DNA of 64,000 bases from Candidatus Cloacimonadota bacterium (GTDB taxonomy: Bacteria; Cloacimonadota; Cloacimonadia; Cloacimonadales; WRIO01), in NCBI GenBank assembly GCA_029564175.1, contig JAKQQL010000474.1, forward strand, positions 1-64,000, read 5' to 3'. The notes under the pieces were generated by a model. The model made no database searches. It was given only the letters and a program-made list of their open reading frames with translations, and was not told the DNA's origin. This document shows, one piece after another, positions 47,762 through 58,584 of this stretch. Every line of letters begins with the position of its first letter. The first letter of the stretch is position 1. A program made the translations under genes and the position numbers.

Positions 47762-48838
47762 ATGAGTAATAGTAATGGATTCTTAGAATTAACAGATTTT
47801 AATTATTATAATATGATGAGACTGGGGCAGGCGAACTCCATCTGCAACAGGCGGGTGCATGCGCCGGCGCAGGTGTTCGGCGTTATGGACACAGGGACGC
47901 GCAGCGTCAACGGAGCCGGTTTGGAGTGGATCGACGAAAACGGAAACATCATCACGCTGACCAAGGCGGACTTCGACGCACACCCCGCATTCAACTTCCC
48001 AGAGGTAATTGTGGGCGGAAACAGTTTCCGAAGCATTCCCATCGCCTACTGGAAGCGCGGCATAGGGCCGATCGGAAGCCACGCGGCTGGCAAATGGTGT
48101 ATGTGGATCTCCGACGTTCCCCTCGACGGCTTCACCGCGAATCCGGGGGCGTTTAAGAGAAATGGGTCATGGCTCGATCGGTTCTTGTTGGGAACCTACA
48201 GGGCATTCAATAACGGCGGCGCGCCCGGTAGTCAGCCGGGAAAAACGCATTGGGGCAACGTGAGTTGGCAGGCGTTTAAAGACGCGGCCGCTGGGATCGG
48301 CGAAGGTCATCACATGATCAGTCTCCAGGAATGGCACGAGATCCTCGGCAGAGCCGTAATTGAGCAAAAAACCTTCCAGCTCGTACCGGAGGCAAGCCGC
48401 CAGAACGCTTCGCTGTGCAAGTATAGAGGCATAGAAGAATTTGCGTTTGACGGCTCGTACGGCTCGACGCACGCCGAATGGATGGACGGTGCGCGAACAG
48501 ACGCAAGTGGGAAGTACGAGCTTTGGACTGAAGCAGGCGGGGATTACTCCTCGACCGGAGTGACGTGCCCGCAGGACAGCGCGAGCGAAGCGACCTACTA
48601 CAATCAAGGGCTTGTCACCGGCGGACTTTTCGATCATCTTTTCCTTGGGGCCTCCCTCGGTCCGGCATCTACGAGCTTTATCCCGGACTTCTCTGGGCGG
48701 AATCCGGGGCTCGTCGGCCGCATTTGCCGCTCGCACTTCTACGTCGGTCACGCGAGCAACGGTGCTTTCCACTCGTACTTCAGCGACTTGCCGTCGCTCG
48801 TCGACGCGAAGATCGGGTCCCGCCTCGCGAAGTGGTAA
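47762..48838 (+). CDS. DGR-target-like receptor-binding protein (CLec/Mtd-like), GC-rich
   Basis: C-terminus ...GAFHSYFSDLPSLVDAKIGSRLAK; NNC codons at variable positions; abrupt GC shift near 47820. Confidence 0.7.
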   Translation: MSNSNGFLELTDFNYYNMMRLGQANSICNRRVHAPAQVFGVMDTGTRSVNGAGLEWIDENGNIITLTKADFDAHPAFNFPEVIVGGNSFRSIPIAYWKRGIGPIGSHAAGKWCMWISDVPLDGFTANPGAFKRNGSWLDRFLLGTYRAFNNGGAPGSQPGKTHWGNVSWQAFKDAAAGIGEGHHMISLQEWHEILGRAVIEQKTFQLVPEASRQNASLCKYRGIEEFAFDGSYGSTHAEWMDGARTDASGKYELWTEAGGDYSSTGVTCPQDSASEATYYNQGLVTGGLFDHLFLGASLGPASTSFIPDFSGRNPGLVGRICRSHFYVGHASNGAFHSYFSDLPSLVDAKIGSRLAKW

Positions 48839-48844
48839 TTCGGC

Positions 48845-48960
48845 CTTGGGATCTCGACTTTCTTTCCACCATTCTGCCGCTCGTCGTACATGAGATTGGA
48901 CATTGGCTCGTGGCCCGGACACAGGCTGTGCTTCCATTTCGGTTGGGGCGCCTGCTCGGC
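48845..48960 (+). pseudogene. M50-peptidase-like fragment in the GC-rich insert
   Basis: LSTILPLVVHEIGHWLVAR (HExGH). Confidence 0.45.
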
Positions 48961-49060
48961 GTGAGGCCTGCCACGTGTCCTGTGGACGATGCCGCCATGA
49001 CCGTCACAGACGTGGAAGCGATGCATACAGCGGGGCACAATCATATAAGTAATATAAAAA

Positions 49061-49092
49061 TTTATAATTTTAACGAACGGGAAAACTACCAC
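49061..49092 (+). mobile_element. left-end remnant of the IS200/IS605-type element
   Basis: TTATAATTTTAACGAACGGGAAAACTACCA matches the left end of copy 3. Confidence 0.7.
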
Positions 49093-49431
49093 ATTTTGGC
49101 ACGTGAGTACATCTCCAGTGGCGGCCACAGTCTGGCTATCTGTTTATCGGGCTACGACATTCGCCACAAACAAGGTTCGATTACAAACAAGAAATGCATA
49201 CCCCGAGTGGCGGTTTATAAATGCAGAATTGTCAGTGAGTGTAAATACGACAAATGGCATAGATGGTGATTGGATTACTATAAAAACAGGTATATCCATG
49301 AATGCGACGGCTGGTGGATGGATTGATATAGACATTTGATTAAATTTAGAAATAGACCCTTAAACATTGTTATCGTAAAATCTTAAAAATGAGAATTTTT
49401 AAACTGTATAATCAAAGGAGGTTGATTAAAA

Positions 49432-49944
49432 ATGTCAATTCGTGATGGTTTTATTTCATCTTCTGTGATGGAGGTGTTGTTGCGGCAACCGAAGGTGGAT
49501 GTTTCGAAGGTGGAAGTTTCATCTGTTTTTCCCCCTGTTATTGATTTTCAATTTTACTGCACTGGTGCATCCAGAACTTCTAATTATTGTGTAGAGTGTA
49601 GTCATGATGGTATCAACTGGACAAACATCAGCGGAGACAAAACGAGTCTTGTTCCTCTGACGTGGGCCTGGGCGGGGACTGGTGGCTTCCCCGCGACTTC
49701 GGCTCGTTTTTGGAGGTTAAGGGTTAAAGGATCACCCGTTTTAGGCGGGACTTGGAAAACAGAACTACGATTGCTATTGGAAGATGGGAATGGCTATACG
49801 CCAACCTTGGCACAATTATCAGAAGTAGGGATTACATATAACACTGGGTTCAATAAATCACATCTAGTGAATGGAAACTTGGACGAAAATGTGTTTTATA
49901 CTGGAACAACCAATATGACTATCACCATTGATTTAGAAGCATAA
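49432..49944 (+). CDS. discoidin/F5-8-like tail-associated protein
   Basis: VECSHDGINWT...ARFWRLRV; GGAGG RBS. Confidence 0.65.
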   Translation: MSIRDGFISSSVMEVLLRQPKVDVSKVEVSSVFPPVIDFQFYCTGASRTSNYCVECSHDGINWTNISGDKTSLVPLTWAWAGTGGFPATSARFWRLRVKGSPVLGGTWKTELRLLLEDGNGYTPTLAQLSEVGITYNTGFNKSHLVNGNLDENVFYTGTTNMTITIDLEA

Positions 49945-50084
49945 AGGGAGCGTGAAAACATGGCACGAGTTTCAAACGTTTCAACCACGGTTATCAGCGC
50001 CATCAAAAACTATTCATTCATCTGATATAGGCATCAAATATTGGTGCCTATATCAATTTTTAACAAAATGAAAGAAGTGATAAA

Positions 50085-53000
50085 ATGAATTTAAATGGAT
50101 TAAAATTCTATGATCATTCACCAGATAAATTGAATTCATTTTTACGTGAAAATTATTTACATGGGAAAAATATTGAACATGATATTCCCATTGTAGAAGA
50201 TGATCCCTATAAGATAACGAGCGATACAGTTTTTCTTTTGAAGTTGAATAACACAAGAACAGATGAATGTGGAAATATTTGGACATTTTCTGTTCCACAA
50301 ACATTTGCCGCAACCCCGTTGCCACCTATTAGTGGGATTACTCATGTATTAAATTATTCAACATTCAATAGTAGCTATGTTGAATGTACAAGTTTAGCAG
50401 GAAATGCTATTGGAACAGGTGATTTCACTGTTGATTTTTGGGCATATACTTCTGGCCAAACTCCGGATTTTTACCCTTTTACCTGTATTGGTCATTATAG
50501 TGGACCAAATCATAGTGGATCATTAGTAAATAGATTTGGTTCAGTATTTTATTCTAATGGATATGGTCTTTGGTGTGAACGTACAAAAGCAAAAAATCTT
50601 AATCATTGGAGGATGTTGTCAGGATGGCATCATTATGCTATTGTCAGAAGATCAGGAGTCGGATATCTCTATAGAGATGGAATTGAACTAGAACAAATTG
50701 CTGATTATACTTTTTCGGCTTTATCTGGATTTTCGTTCGGAGCTTATTCAACCGATGTTCTTGAACCTGTTTTATTAAGTCATTATCGTCTTTCTAGAAC
50801 AGCATTATGGAATGCCAATTTTGTTCCTCCTGGCGTTAAGGTTCAAGGAAAAGAATATGCTCCTACTAAATTCGGAATGTCATATAGTGGCAGTTCAACT
50901 GCAAATGAAGTTTGGTGTGTTGAATATTCGGATGATAATCTAAATTGGTCTTTAGCTGCAGGAAGATTTAAACCAAATCAAGCTGGTTGGAATTACATAA
51001 CATGTCCTAATTATGGGAATAAGAAATACTGGAGATTTAGAGTGGAAACACAATCGAATGGTGAATATCTGAATGAGGTTTCAATTGGAAACGGACAGAA
51101 AAAACAACATGTGAATAAAAGAGGGCCATGGAAAGCTTTTAAGATTGTTGGTATGTCTCAATATCATACCACCAACAACTGTTATTATATTCAAAACGGA
51201 GAAACGCAATGGATAGAAACCGCTGGTGGAACTACTCAATGCACAGGTGGAACTCCTTTTGCTTCTAGTAATGATAAATATGATCCAATTGCAAAAGCAT
51301 TTGACTCATACATATCAACGTATTGGTTAACACAAGCCTCAGCTTCACCATCAGAAATTACGGCAGGATATATTCTCTCAACACCAAAGAAACTTTATTC
51401 GATCAAGCTATACCCGAGGGGTAACTGCTCTTGTATGAATTGGAAAAATTTTAGTATTTATGGAAGTAATGATACAACAAACGGAACTGATGGGACGTGG
51501 TATTTATTATTAGATAATCAAACAACTTCATCGACAGTCGATGAATGGTCGGAACACATTATTCCTGATGTTATTATTCCTGATGTTATTGGCTTTACCT
51601 ATTCTCTTTCAACAGACTGGATAACATCAAATATTTCTGGAACTCTAGCAAATCTAATAGATGGAACAACTGGAACAACACAGGCGGTTTGTCAAAATCA
51701 GCCCGTTAATACCCACATAACATTTGATTTTTCTCAACAAATTTTTCCAACTGAAGCAACAATTACAGAATGGAGTAAACTGAAACACACGAACAAACTC
51801 AAATACTGGTGGCCATTGAATGATAAACCAGACGAGGTTATGCAATATCTAAGGTGTCTGGTTCATGGGACTGTTCCATTTGATCAAGATTATGGTGCTC
51901 AATTTTCAAATGAAACCTGTATCACTACTGATATTTTAACGATGCCAACAAAACTAACACTTCTCTGGTGGATGAGACCAGATTCAACAATGTTCAATTC
52001 TGGCAATATTACCGATCCTATTGGTGCACCATCTGGAAGTGCTACAACTGGTTATCATTGGGGCCCAAGGTATGAAGCAGCAGGAAATCTTGTTCAATTC
52101 AATGGTGGCACTTCATGGCCTACAAATTCATCCGAATTTAACACAACAAACTATCCTACAACTAGACTAACACTTTGTGCCTTGGTCTTGAATAGAAACG
52201 GGTCATCTTCGACAGTTTCATACTATCGAGCTAATTCAACAAATACTGCTATGGTTCAAGTAGGATCAACTACTACTTACACTGATGCTACTCCTAGAAC
52301 TCTCTTTTCTATTGGGATGTCAGAAAGACTAGCTGTAAATCTTGTAGATCAAGTTAAACATTTCAATGGATATATTAGAGATGTCAGAATTTATGAAAGA
52401 ATTCTTTCCTTGGCCGACATTGAACTGATACGAGCTGCTGGCCCAGTAAATGATTTCATTTCAGAAACAGAAGAACCATTAGATTCATATAAGTGTATTA
52501 AATTTCTTGGGACGTATAATACAACTAATGATGGTTGTGGAATGAATGAAATTGAAATTCTTCCTGTAGTTGGTGGTACTGATCAGTGTGAAGGTGGAAC
52601 TATTTTAAGTAGTGGAGATTTACCAAATTATAGTAAAGAATTCACATTTGATGATTTGATAGGATCGCCAACACAAGTTTGGTATGGCCCGAATAGTGGA
52701 ACTTCTGCCTGGATTGCATATAAAAAAGATGCCGGTATTATTCCAAAAGTTATAAGATTTTATGGTGAAAACTGGGGCGACCCAACAAGATACCAATTCA
52801 AGAATATGCAAATCCTTGGAAGTAATAACACGACGACTGGTTATGATGGAGATTGGGAAATACTTGGGAATACTGGTAAAGTATATCATCAAGAATGGAA
52901 GAATTACACTATTATTAAAAGAAAAACATTAGCATTTTCTTTTGATTCCTTTTTAATTCACAAATGGTTATTGACAAACAATGGTAATGATGCTATTGGT

Positions 53001-53525
53001 AATTGGAATTTTCCTAGGAATTTTGTTAATAATGGAGCAGTCTCTTTTGGTAGTGATGGTGCTGTATTTAGTGGATCAAATTATTTAAATCTAGCTTCTA
53101 TTACATTGCCAACAGCTTTTACAATTTGTGGATGGGTTAAAATTAATACATCTGCCACTTACAATAATATATTCGGATTAGTTGATTCTCGAGAAATGAC
53201 TTATGCATTTGAAAATGGCGTTGCAAGACACCAATGTTGTGGCATTGAAGTTAATACGACAGGCACAATAACTCTTTCAAATTGGACATTTATAGCTATG
53301 GGAACTAATGGAACAAATTTAACATTTAAATTTTTCAATGGTTCATATTGGTCTTCAACTTCTGTTGGTGCAATAAGAACATATTCAAATTGGCAAGTTG
53401 GTCGAGGTTTTTGGGTTGCTAATGATTATTTAAGAGGAAATGTAAAAGACCTTCGAATATATTCATCTTGTCTTACATCAGACAACTTAATACAGATACT
53501 ATTAGCTGGCCCAAGTTTAAATTAA
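50085..53525 (+). CDS. multi-domain adhesin / tail fibre (LamG-like and discoidin-like domains)
   Basis: GDFTVDFW...WHHYAIVR; internal repeats GSN.TT.G.DG.W; FNGYIRDVRIY. Confidence 0.75.
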   Translation: MNLNGLKFYDHSPDKLNSFLRENYLHGKNIEHDIPIVEDDPYKITSDTVFLLKLNNTRTDECGNIWTFSVPQTFAATPLPPISGITHVLNYSTFNSSYVECTSLAGNAIGTGDFTVDFWAYTSGQTPDFYPFTCIGHYSGPNHSGSLVNRFGSVFYSNGYGLWCERTKAKNLNHWRMLSGWHHYAIVRRSGVGYLYRDGIELEQIADYTFSALSGFSFGAYSTDVLEPVLLSHYRLSRTALWNANFVPPGVKVQGKEYAPTKFGMSYSGSSTANEVWCVEYSDDNLNWSLAAGRFKPNQAGWNYITCPNYGNKKYWRFRVETQSNGEYLNEVSIGNGQKKQHVNKRGPWKAFKIVGMSQYHTTNNCYYIQNGETQWIETAGGTTQCTGGTPFASSNDKYDPIAKAFDSYISTYWLTQASASPSEITAGYILSTPKKLYSIKLYPRGNCSCMNWKNFSIYGSNDTTNGTDGTWYLLLDNQTTSSTVDEWSEHIIPDVIIPDVIGFTYSLSTDWITSNISGTLANLIDGTTGTTQAVCQNQPVNTHITFDFSQQIFPTEATITEWSKLKHTNKLKYWWPLNDKPDEVMQYLRCLVHGTVPFDQDYGAQFSNETCITTDILTMPTKLTLLWWMRPDSTMFNSGNITDPIGAPSGSATTGYHWGPRYEAAGNLVQFNGGTSWPTNSSEFNTTNYPTTRLTLCALVLNRNGSSSTVSYYRANSTNTAMVQVGSTTTYTDATPRTLFSIGMSERLAVNLVDQVKHFNGYIRDVRIYERILSLADIELIRAAGPVNDFISETEEPLDSYKCIKFLGTYNTTNDGCGMNEIEILPVVGGTDQCEGGTILSSGDLPNYSKEFTFDDLIGSPTQVWYGPNSGTSAWIAYKKDAGIIPKVIRFYGENWGDPTRYQFKNMQILGSNNTTTGYDGDWEILGNTGKVYHQEWKNYTIIKRKTLAFSFDSFLIHKWLLTNNGNDAIGNWNFPRNFVNNGAVSFGSDGAVFSGSNYLNLASITLPTAFTICGWVKINTSATYNNIFGLVDSREMTYAFENGVARHQCCGIEVNTTGTITLSNWTFIAMGTNGTNLTFKFFNGSYWSSTSVGAIRTYSNWQVGRGFWVANDYLRGNVKDLRIYSSCLTSDNLIQILLAGPSLN

Positions 53526-53547
53526 TTATTAAGGTGGTATAATAAAA

Positions 53548-53988
53548 ATGTCAAGAATTTCAATTTCAAATATAAATATGATTGCTCCTGCAGGATCAAC
53601 GGTAAACAAATCTATTGCAACAAACAATAGTTCTGCTTTACAGTATATTGCTTCTAGTGATGGCCCCTCTTTGGATATTTCTGATGTTGTGAGTGGGTGT
53701 TTAAATATTGGATTTCAATTTAGTGTCGCTCCTACTGCTGATTCAAAATTAACATTTTATGCTTTATATTCTAATGATGATGTCCATTATGACAATAGTG
53801 CAAATGTTGCCAATTTGGTGAAACTTGGAGAAATTGTTTTGGCTGCAAATACAAATCAAATTTATACAGTAATTCCTTTGGATGGTAAACTTTTTAATAA
53901 GAATATGAGATTGGTATTTACGTGTAATGCTACTGCTGGCACGGGCGTTATTAATAGGTTAATTGCAACTCTTAAAAAATTGATTTAA
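53548..53988 (+). CDS. hypothetical virion-associated protein
   Basis: beta-rich ORF in the fibre module. Confidence 0.65.
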   Translation: MSRISISNINMIAPAGSTVNKSIATNNSSALQYIASSDGPSLDISDVVSGCLNIGFQFSVAPTADSKLTFYALYSNDDVHYDNSANVANLVKLGEIVLAANTNQIYTVIPLDGKLFNKNMRLVFTCNATAGTGVINRLIATLKKLI

Positions 53989-54000
53989 GGATATGGTATC

Positions 54001-54513
54001 ATGTCCAATGAAATTGCTTTCAGAACAGAAGTATTCTTTAATAGAGGATACAGTAATAAAATAGAATTTACAAAAGAAGAATTTGAACAATTATCTCAAC
54101 AATATCCTGATGCTTTTAAACCAATTGAATTACCACCAGAACAACCATCTATTGAAGTTTTAATAAATAGAAAAATGGAAGAGATTATGAGTGGTTTTCA
54201 AAATGAAATAGAAAATGTTGGTGTTATGACTTCACTTGGTATTAGAATGAAATTTAGAGAGGTTGACATATCAGCCGTTGATGGAATGGTAAGATATTCA
54301 CAAAAGATTGGAATGGATAAATGTTTAATGATTGTAGATGCAGATGGAAAAGAATATCACAATCATTTTACATTACAAGAAGGGGAATTATTAAATATTG
54401 AAATGTTTACAGCTCAATTAAAGGCTTATCAAAAGTTGAAGGAAATTAAAAGTTTAATTGGTCAAATTCAACAAACTGGTGATATAAAAGAACTTAATAA
54501 AATAAAGTGGTAA
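54001..54513 (+). CDS. DUF4376-like tail fibre chaperone
   Basis: ends ELNKIKW; typical position after fibre genes. Confidence 0.65.
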   Translation: MSNEIAFRTEVFFNRGYSNKIEFTKEEFEQLSQQYPDAFKPIELPPEQPSIEVLINRKMEEIMSGFQNEIENVGVMTSLGIRMKFREVDISAVDGMVRYSQKIGMDKCLMIVDADGKEYHNHFTLQEGELLNIEMFTAQLKAYQKLKEIKSLIGQIQQTGDIKELNKIKW

Positions 54514-54516
54514 TAG

Positions 54517-54542
54517 AAGACGGCTCAATGAGCCGTCTTTTT
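54517..54542 (+). terminator. intrinsic terminator
   Basis: AAGACGGCTC/GAGCCGTCTT followed by Ts. Confidence 0.85.
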
Positions 54543-54594
54543 ATTTTATAACTTAATAATAGAGATTCCGACATGAAAAGAGGAGAAATAATGA

Positions 54595-56736
54595 ATGTTA
54601 TGGATTAGTCTATTTGTTGTTATTAGTATTGTGTTGTTTATCTTTCTAATTATTTTAAATGTGGGGAATATACAAAAGACCAATCATAAAATAGATGATT
54701 TAGAACAACTTGAAAAGAAAAAACTTGAAATGAAAGAATTAGAAGACCATCTTAAAAAATTAGCTGAAATCAATATATCTTACTCTAAAGAATTGGATAC
54801 ATTTACTGAATTTCATGAAACCGTTTTAAAAAAATCATCTGATTTAGAGTTGCAATTCAAAACTCTTTTTAATAATTCTCCAATTGGAATATGCCGAGTG
54901 TCTATAAGTGGAAAATATATTTACGCAAATTCTGCTTTAGCTAGAATGTTAGGCTATTTTGATGCCACTGAATTGACAAGTCTTGTTCAGAATACATCAG
55001 AACAAATATTTATGTTTCCAGATGAACGAAAAAGAGTTATTAAAAAACTTTCCATTAAACCTTATGAACCAGTTTTAATTGAACATGAATTAAAAAAGAA
55101 AAATGGAACTTCCATATTTACAAGATGCAAGTATATGGGAGTATTAAATGAAAGAGAACAATTATCTTATATGGATGTTATAATAGAAGATATTTCTGAT
55201 TTAAAGAAAAAAGAACAAGAGTTATATGATCAAAATGACATGATCATGGAATTATTAAAAGAACAACAAGAAATGAATGATCATTTAGACAAACAGGTTA
55301 AAGAGAGAACAAAAGAATTAGAGAAAAAGAGATATGAATTAGAAAAGATGAATCATGAATTATTAAAAATGAAAAATCTTTTTGAGAACATGTATAAGAA
55401 AGCTCCAATTGGATTATTTAGATCAAGTATTTCAACTGGCAAATTTCTTTCTTGCAATGATGCAACTGCTCATATATTTGATGTAAGAAATGCTGACGAA
55501 TTTCTTAAAATAGTTAATGCTTTAGATATTTGGGGAAATAAAAAAAGAAGAGATGAATTAATAGAACATTTTAAAAATCTTCCTTCAATGACTACCTATA
55601 ATCATATTGATTATTGCCAAACACCAATATCTAAAAAAGAAAGATATGTATCTGTTTCAGAACTTGCCAATTTTGATGATGATTATTTTGAAGGAGCATT
55701 TATTGATGTCACGGAAGAGTATTTAGCTAAAAAGAAACTGGAAGAAATGAATAAAAATTTAGCTAAAATTGTTAATGAAAGAACACACAATCTAATTGAA
55801 CAATATGCTTATACTCAACAATTAATATCAGAATTGGAAGAATCAAATAATCTTCTCAAAATAAAAACAAATAATCTTGAATTAAATCAATTAAAATTAA
55901 AATCTATCATAAAAACAATTCCTGACAGTATTATTGTTTGCAAAATAAATGGTAAAATAACCGAATCATATAATATTCCAATGAATTTATTTCATGGGGA
56001 TCCAATCGATTCAATTTTATCTTTATTCAATTTAGATAATTCTTCTTATTTAATAAAATGTTTTGAAAAAATTATTCAAGAACATCATCCTGAAATTCAA
56101 AGTGGTATGATAAAAGAATTATTTAATAATCAAATCAGTTGGTTTGAATATAATATTTTTAAAATGAATTCCGATCATGTTATTTTAGTTTTTAGAGATA
56201 TTACTTCGAGAATGCAGACAAAAACATTATTAGATTCAATATTACAGTCAACACAGATTCTTTTAACTAAGAAGCCTTTTGAATGTGCTTTGTATGAATC
56301 TCTTGAATGGTTTGGTAAACTCAACAATGTTCAACGGGTATTTGTTTATAAAAATGAGGAAGATTCCTATATGAGTTCATTGGTATCAGAATATCATGAA
56401 GACCATCTTTTTGATTTAAACAAAGATCAAAATAGACAATTGGATTATCTAAAAATGTCTAATGACCTTTCAATTTATAATCAATTAAAACAGGGGAAAT
56501 GTGTTGAATTTATTATGAAAAATGAAGACCATGAAAAAATTCCAATAGTTGAGAGATTGAAACATAAAGGAGTTAAATCTATTTTATGTGTTCCTATTAT
56601 TTTTCAATTGGATTTCTTAGGATATTTAGGAATTAGTGATTATGTATCAGATAGGATTTGGTCAGAGACTGAAAAACAAACATTATTGACATTTGCAACT
56701 AACATTGGTTTGATGATGGAAAAGGAGAATTTTTGA
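54595..56736 (+). CDS. membrane-anchored PAS-PAS-PAS-GAF sensor protein without output domain
   Basis: LFNNSPIGI...YANSALARMLGY; S-helix VKERTKEL; SILCVPI...GYLG...R.WSE.E. Confidence 0.85.
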   Translation: MLWISLFVVISIVLFIFLIILNVGNIQKTNHKIDDLEQLEKKKLEMKELEDHLKKLAEINISYSKELDTFTEFHETVLKKSSDLELQFKTLFNNSPIGICRVSISGKYIYANSALARMLGYFDATELTSLVQNTSEQIFMFPDERKRVIKKLSIKPYEPVLIEHELKKKNGTSIFTRCKYMGVLNEREQLSYMDVIIEDISDLKKKEQELYDQNDMIMELLKEQQEMNDHLDKQVKERTKELEKKRYELEKMNHELLKMKNLFENMYKKAPIGLFRSSISTGKFLSCNDATAHIFDVRNADEFLKIVNALDIWGNKKRRDELIEHFKNLPSMTTYNHIDYCQTPISKKERYVSVSELANFDDDYFEGAFIDVTEEYLAKKKLEEMNKNLAKIVNERTHNLIEQYAYTQQLISELEESNNLLKIKTNNLELNQLKLKSIIKTIPDSIIVCKINGKITESYNIPMNLFHGDPIDSILSLFNLDNSSYLIKCFEKIIQEHHPEIQSGMIKELFNNQISWFEYNIFKMNSDHVILVFRDITSRMQTKTLLDSILQSTQILLTKKPFECALYESLEWFGKLNNVQRVFVYKNEEDSYMSSLVSEYHEDHLFDLNKDQNRQLDYLKMSNDLSIYNQLKQGKCVEFIMKNEDHEKIPIVERLKHKGVKSILCVPIIFQLDFLGYLGISDYVSDRIWSETEKQTLLTFATNIGLMMEKENF

Positions 56737-57791
56737 TGAAATGTTGTAAACATCTAACAATTAGACAAAAATTATATTTTAGTTTGGTATTTACTTTTTT
56801 CATTTCATTCTTGTTAATCTTTGTTATTGGAAATCTTTATATTGAATTATCCTTTAAAGAATCTGATGAAAAATTACTTCAAAAAGAAATGAATTTGGCA
56901 TCTCTTATCATTGGAAATTTTCAAGATAAAATTGATAGTTTTGTATATGATTATGCGCATTGGGAAGAAACATATAAATATACTTCTAATGATAATAAAG
57001 AATTTGTTAATAGGGAATTGTTAAATAATTTTACTATTTCATCAAATTATATTGACATATTACAAATCATTTCTGTGAATGGAGATATTCTTTTTCAATA
57101 TGATTACACAATATTGAAAACTGGAATACCAAAAGAATTCTTAACAGTTAATAAACAATTCATTAATAATAAAAACGATAGTTCTATTTCTGGATATTAT
57201 TTTGTGGAATCAAGAAATGAAATGTATTATATTGTTTCATATCCAATTGTTTGCCCAAAACATAAAGAATATCCAACTAAAGCTAGTTTGGTTGGTATTG
57301 GTAAATTGAATTGGAATAAAATATTTCCAAGAGGCTTTTCACTTTTTGATTCAACAATTGATTTTCAATTTAAACCTCCATTTGATTTGAAACAAAACAT
57401 GAAAATTCAAAATACACAAGGTCAATTATTTTCAGAATATATTTTAAAAGATGTTCAGGATAGACCCGTTGGTAAAATTCAATTAACAAAATCATTTGAA
57501 ATCAAAAATACTTTAGATTCATTTTTTACCTTAATAATGTTTATTTTCTTAATAGTTTTTATTTTTTTTCTAACACTTCTTTTTTACTTTTTCATTTCCA
57601 TTTTTAGGAAAATTAATCAGGTTTGTCTCATCATATATGAAATTAATAATATGGGATCATTAGATGAAATTGAAAATCTAAATATTCAAGAAAAACAATG
57701 TCAGTTCGACAATAAAAATGAATTTGAATTTTTAGATTGCCAACTTTATAAAATGATTAATAAATATTTCAATAAGGGAAGACATATCTAA
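56733..57791 (+). CDS. TM-CHASE4-like-TM sensor without output domain
   Basis: DYAHWEETYKY; two TM segments; HAMP-like tail. Confidence 0.75.
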   Translation: MMKCCKHLTIRQKLYFSLVFTFFISFLLIFVIGNLYIELSFKESDEKLLQKEMNLASLIIGNFQDKIDSFVYDYAHWEETYKYTSNDNKEFVNRELLNNFTISSNYIDILQIISVNGDILFQYDYTILKTGIPKEFLTVNKQFINNKNDSSISGYYFVESRNEMYYIVSYPIVCPKHKEYPTKASLVGIGKLNWNKIFPRGFSLFDSTIDFQFKPPFDLKQNMKIQNTQGQLFSEYILKDVQDRPVGKIQLTKSFEIKNTLDSFFTLIMFIFLIVFIFFLTLLFYFFISIFRKINQVCLIIYEINNMGSLDEIENLNIQEKQCQFDNKNEFEFLDCQLYKMINKYFNKGRHI

Positions 57792-57792
57792 A

Positions 57793-58584
57793 ATGAGCGA
57801 TAGATTTTGGGAATTTTTAGAAACGGTTCTTAAAAAGGATAAGGATGTTTTTCTAGCGATAATCTTTTTGGCAATCCCCCTTGGTTTATTAGGTTTTGGG
57901 ATTATTACACCTGATCATTTTTTCAGTTTAGAAAAACCAGTCATAATCTTTTTTATCATATCATTTATTCTAATACTATTCTTTTTCATTTTCGTTAGAA
58001 TAAATAAAATTTTAAAAGTTGTTGGAGAAGGTTCATCATCAAGTCGAGCCTCATCACCTGAATATACACAAATTGTACAATTAATGACTGAAATCTCAAA
58101 ATACTTAAATGATCGACATGATGAAAATTTAAAATTGGTCACACAAATGATTCAAGTTCAACAGGCTCTTAAAAAGATGCCTAGTAAAAAACAAATCATT
58201 ATGATGGTCGAATATGGATTAATGACACTAACATTTAACCTAATAGAAACCTTAATAGCTTTTTCAAGACAAAATGTGAATCTTATACAAAATCAAAATA
58301 CTCAACAAAATTTAATTCGAAAAGCAGAATTAGACATTAGTGATGCAAAAAATGAATTTTTAAAAATCATTAATGTTCATTTAAACAGGTTGGTATCACC
58401 TGAAATATATTCACAAATGGAATATGAATTAGATCAATATTTAACGGACACTGTTAGAATTATTTTACGTGATCAAGCAAATCTTGAAGATAAAATTATA
58501 AATATCAATCTTCTTGCAAGAACTCTCTCAAACAATATTTTAGGTTTAATTGCAAATAATTTGAAATGGCCTGACGAGGATTGA
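57793..58584 (+). CDS. two-TM membrane protein with helical cytoplasmic domain
   Basis: two N-terminal hydrophobic segments. Confidence 0.7.
   Translation: MSDRFWEFLETVLKKDKDVFLAIIFLAIPLGLLGFGIITPDHFFSLEKPVIIFFIISFILILFFFIFVRINKILKVVGEGSSSSRASSPEYTQIVQLMTEISKYLNDRHDENLKLVTQMIQVQQALKKMPSKKQIIMMVEYGLMTLTFNLIETLIAFSRQNVNLIQNQNTQQNLIRKAELDISDAKNEFLKIINVHLNRLVSPEIYSQMEYELDQYLTDTVRIILRDQANLEDKIININLLARTLSNNILGLIANNLKWPDED

Noticed and set aside
47789..49269. Many overlapping ORFs on both strands
   Set aside because: Expected by-product of high GC; only 47762-48838 and a short HExGH fragment look protein-like.
13377..54513. Genome-wide stop-codon reassignment (TAG or TGA)
   Set aside because: Very long late genes have no internal TAG, and TGA ends several genes at coupled junctions; the only in-frame TAG/TGA interruptions I noticed are at 10188 and 23452-23568.
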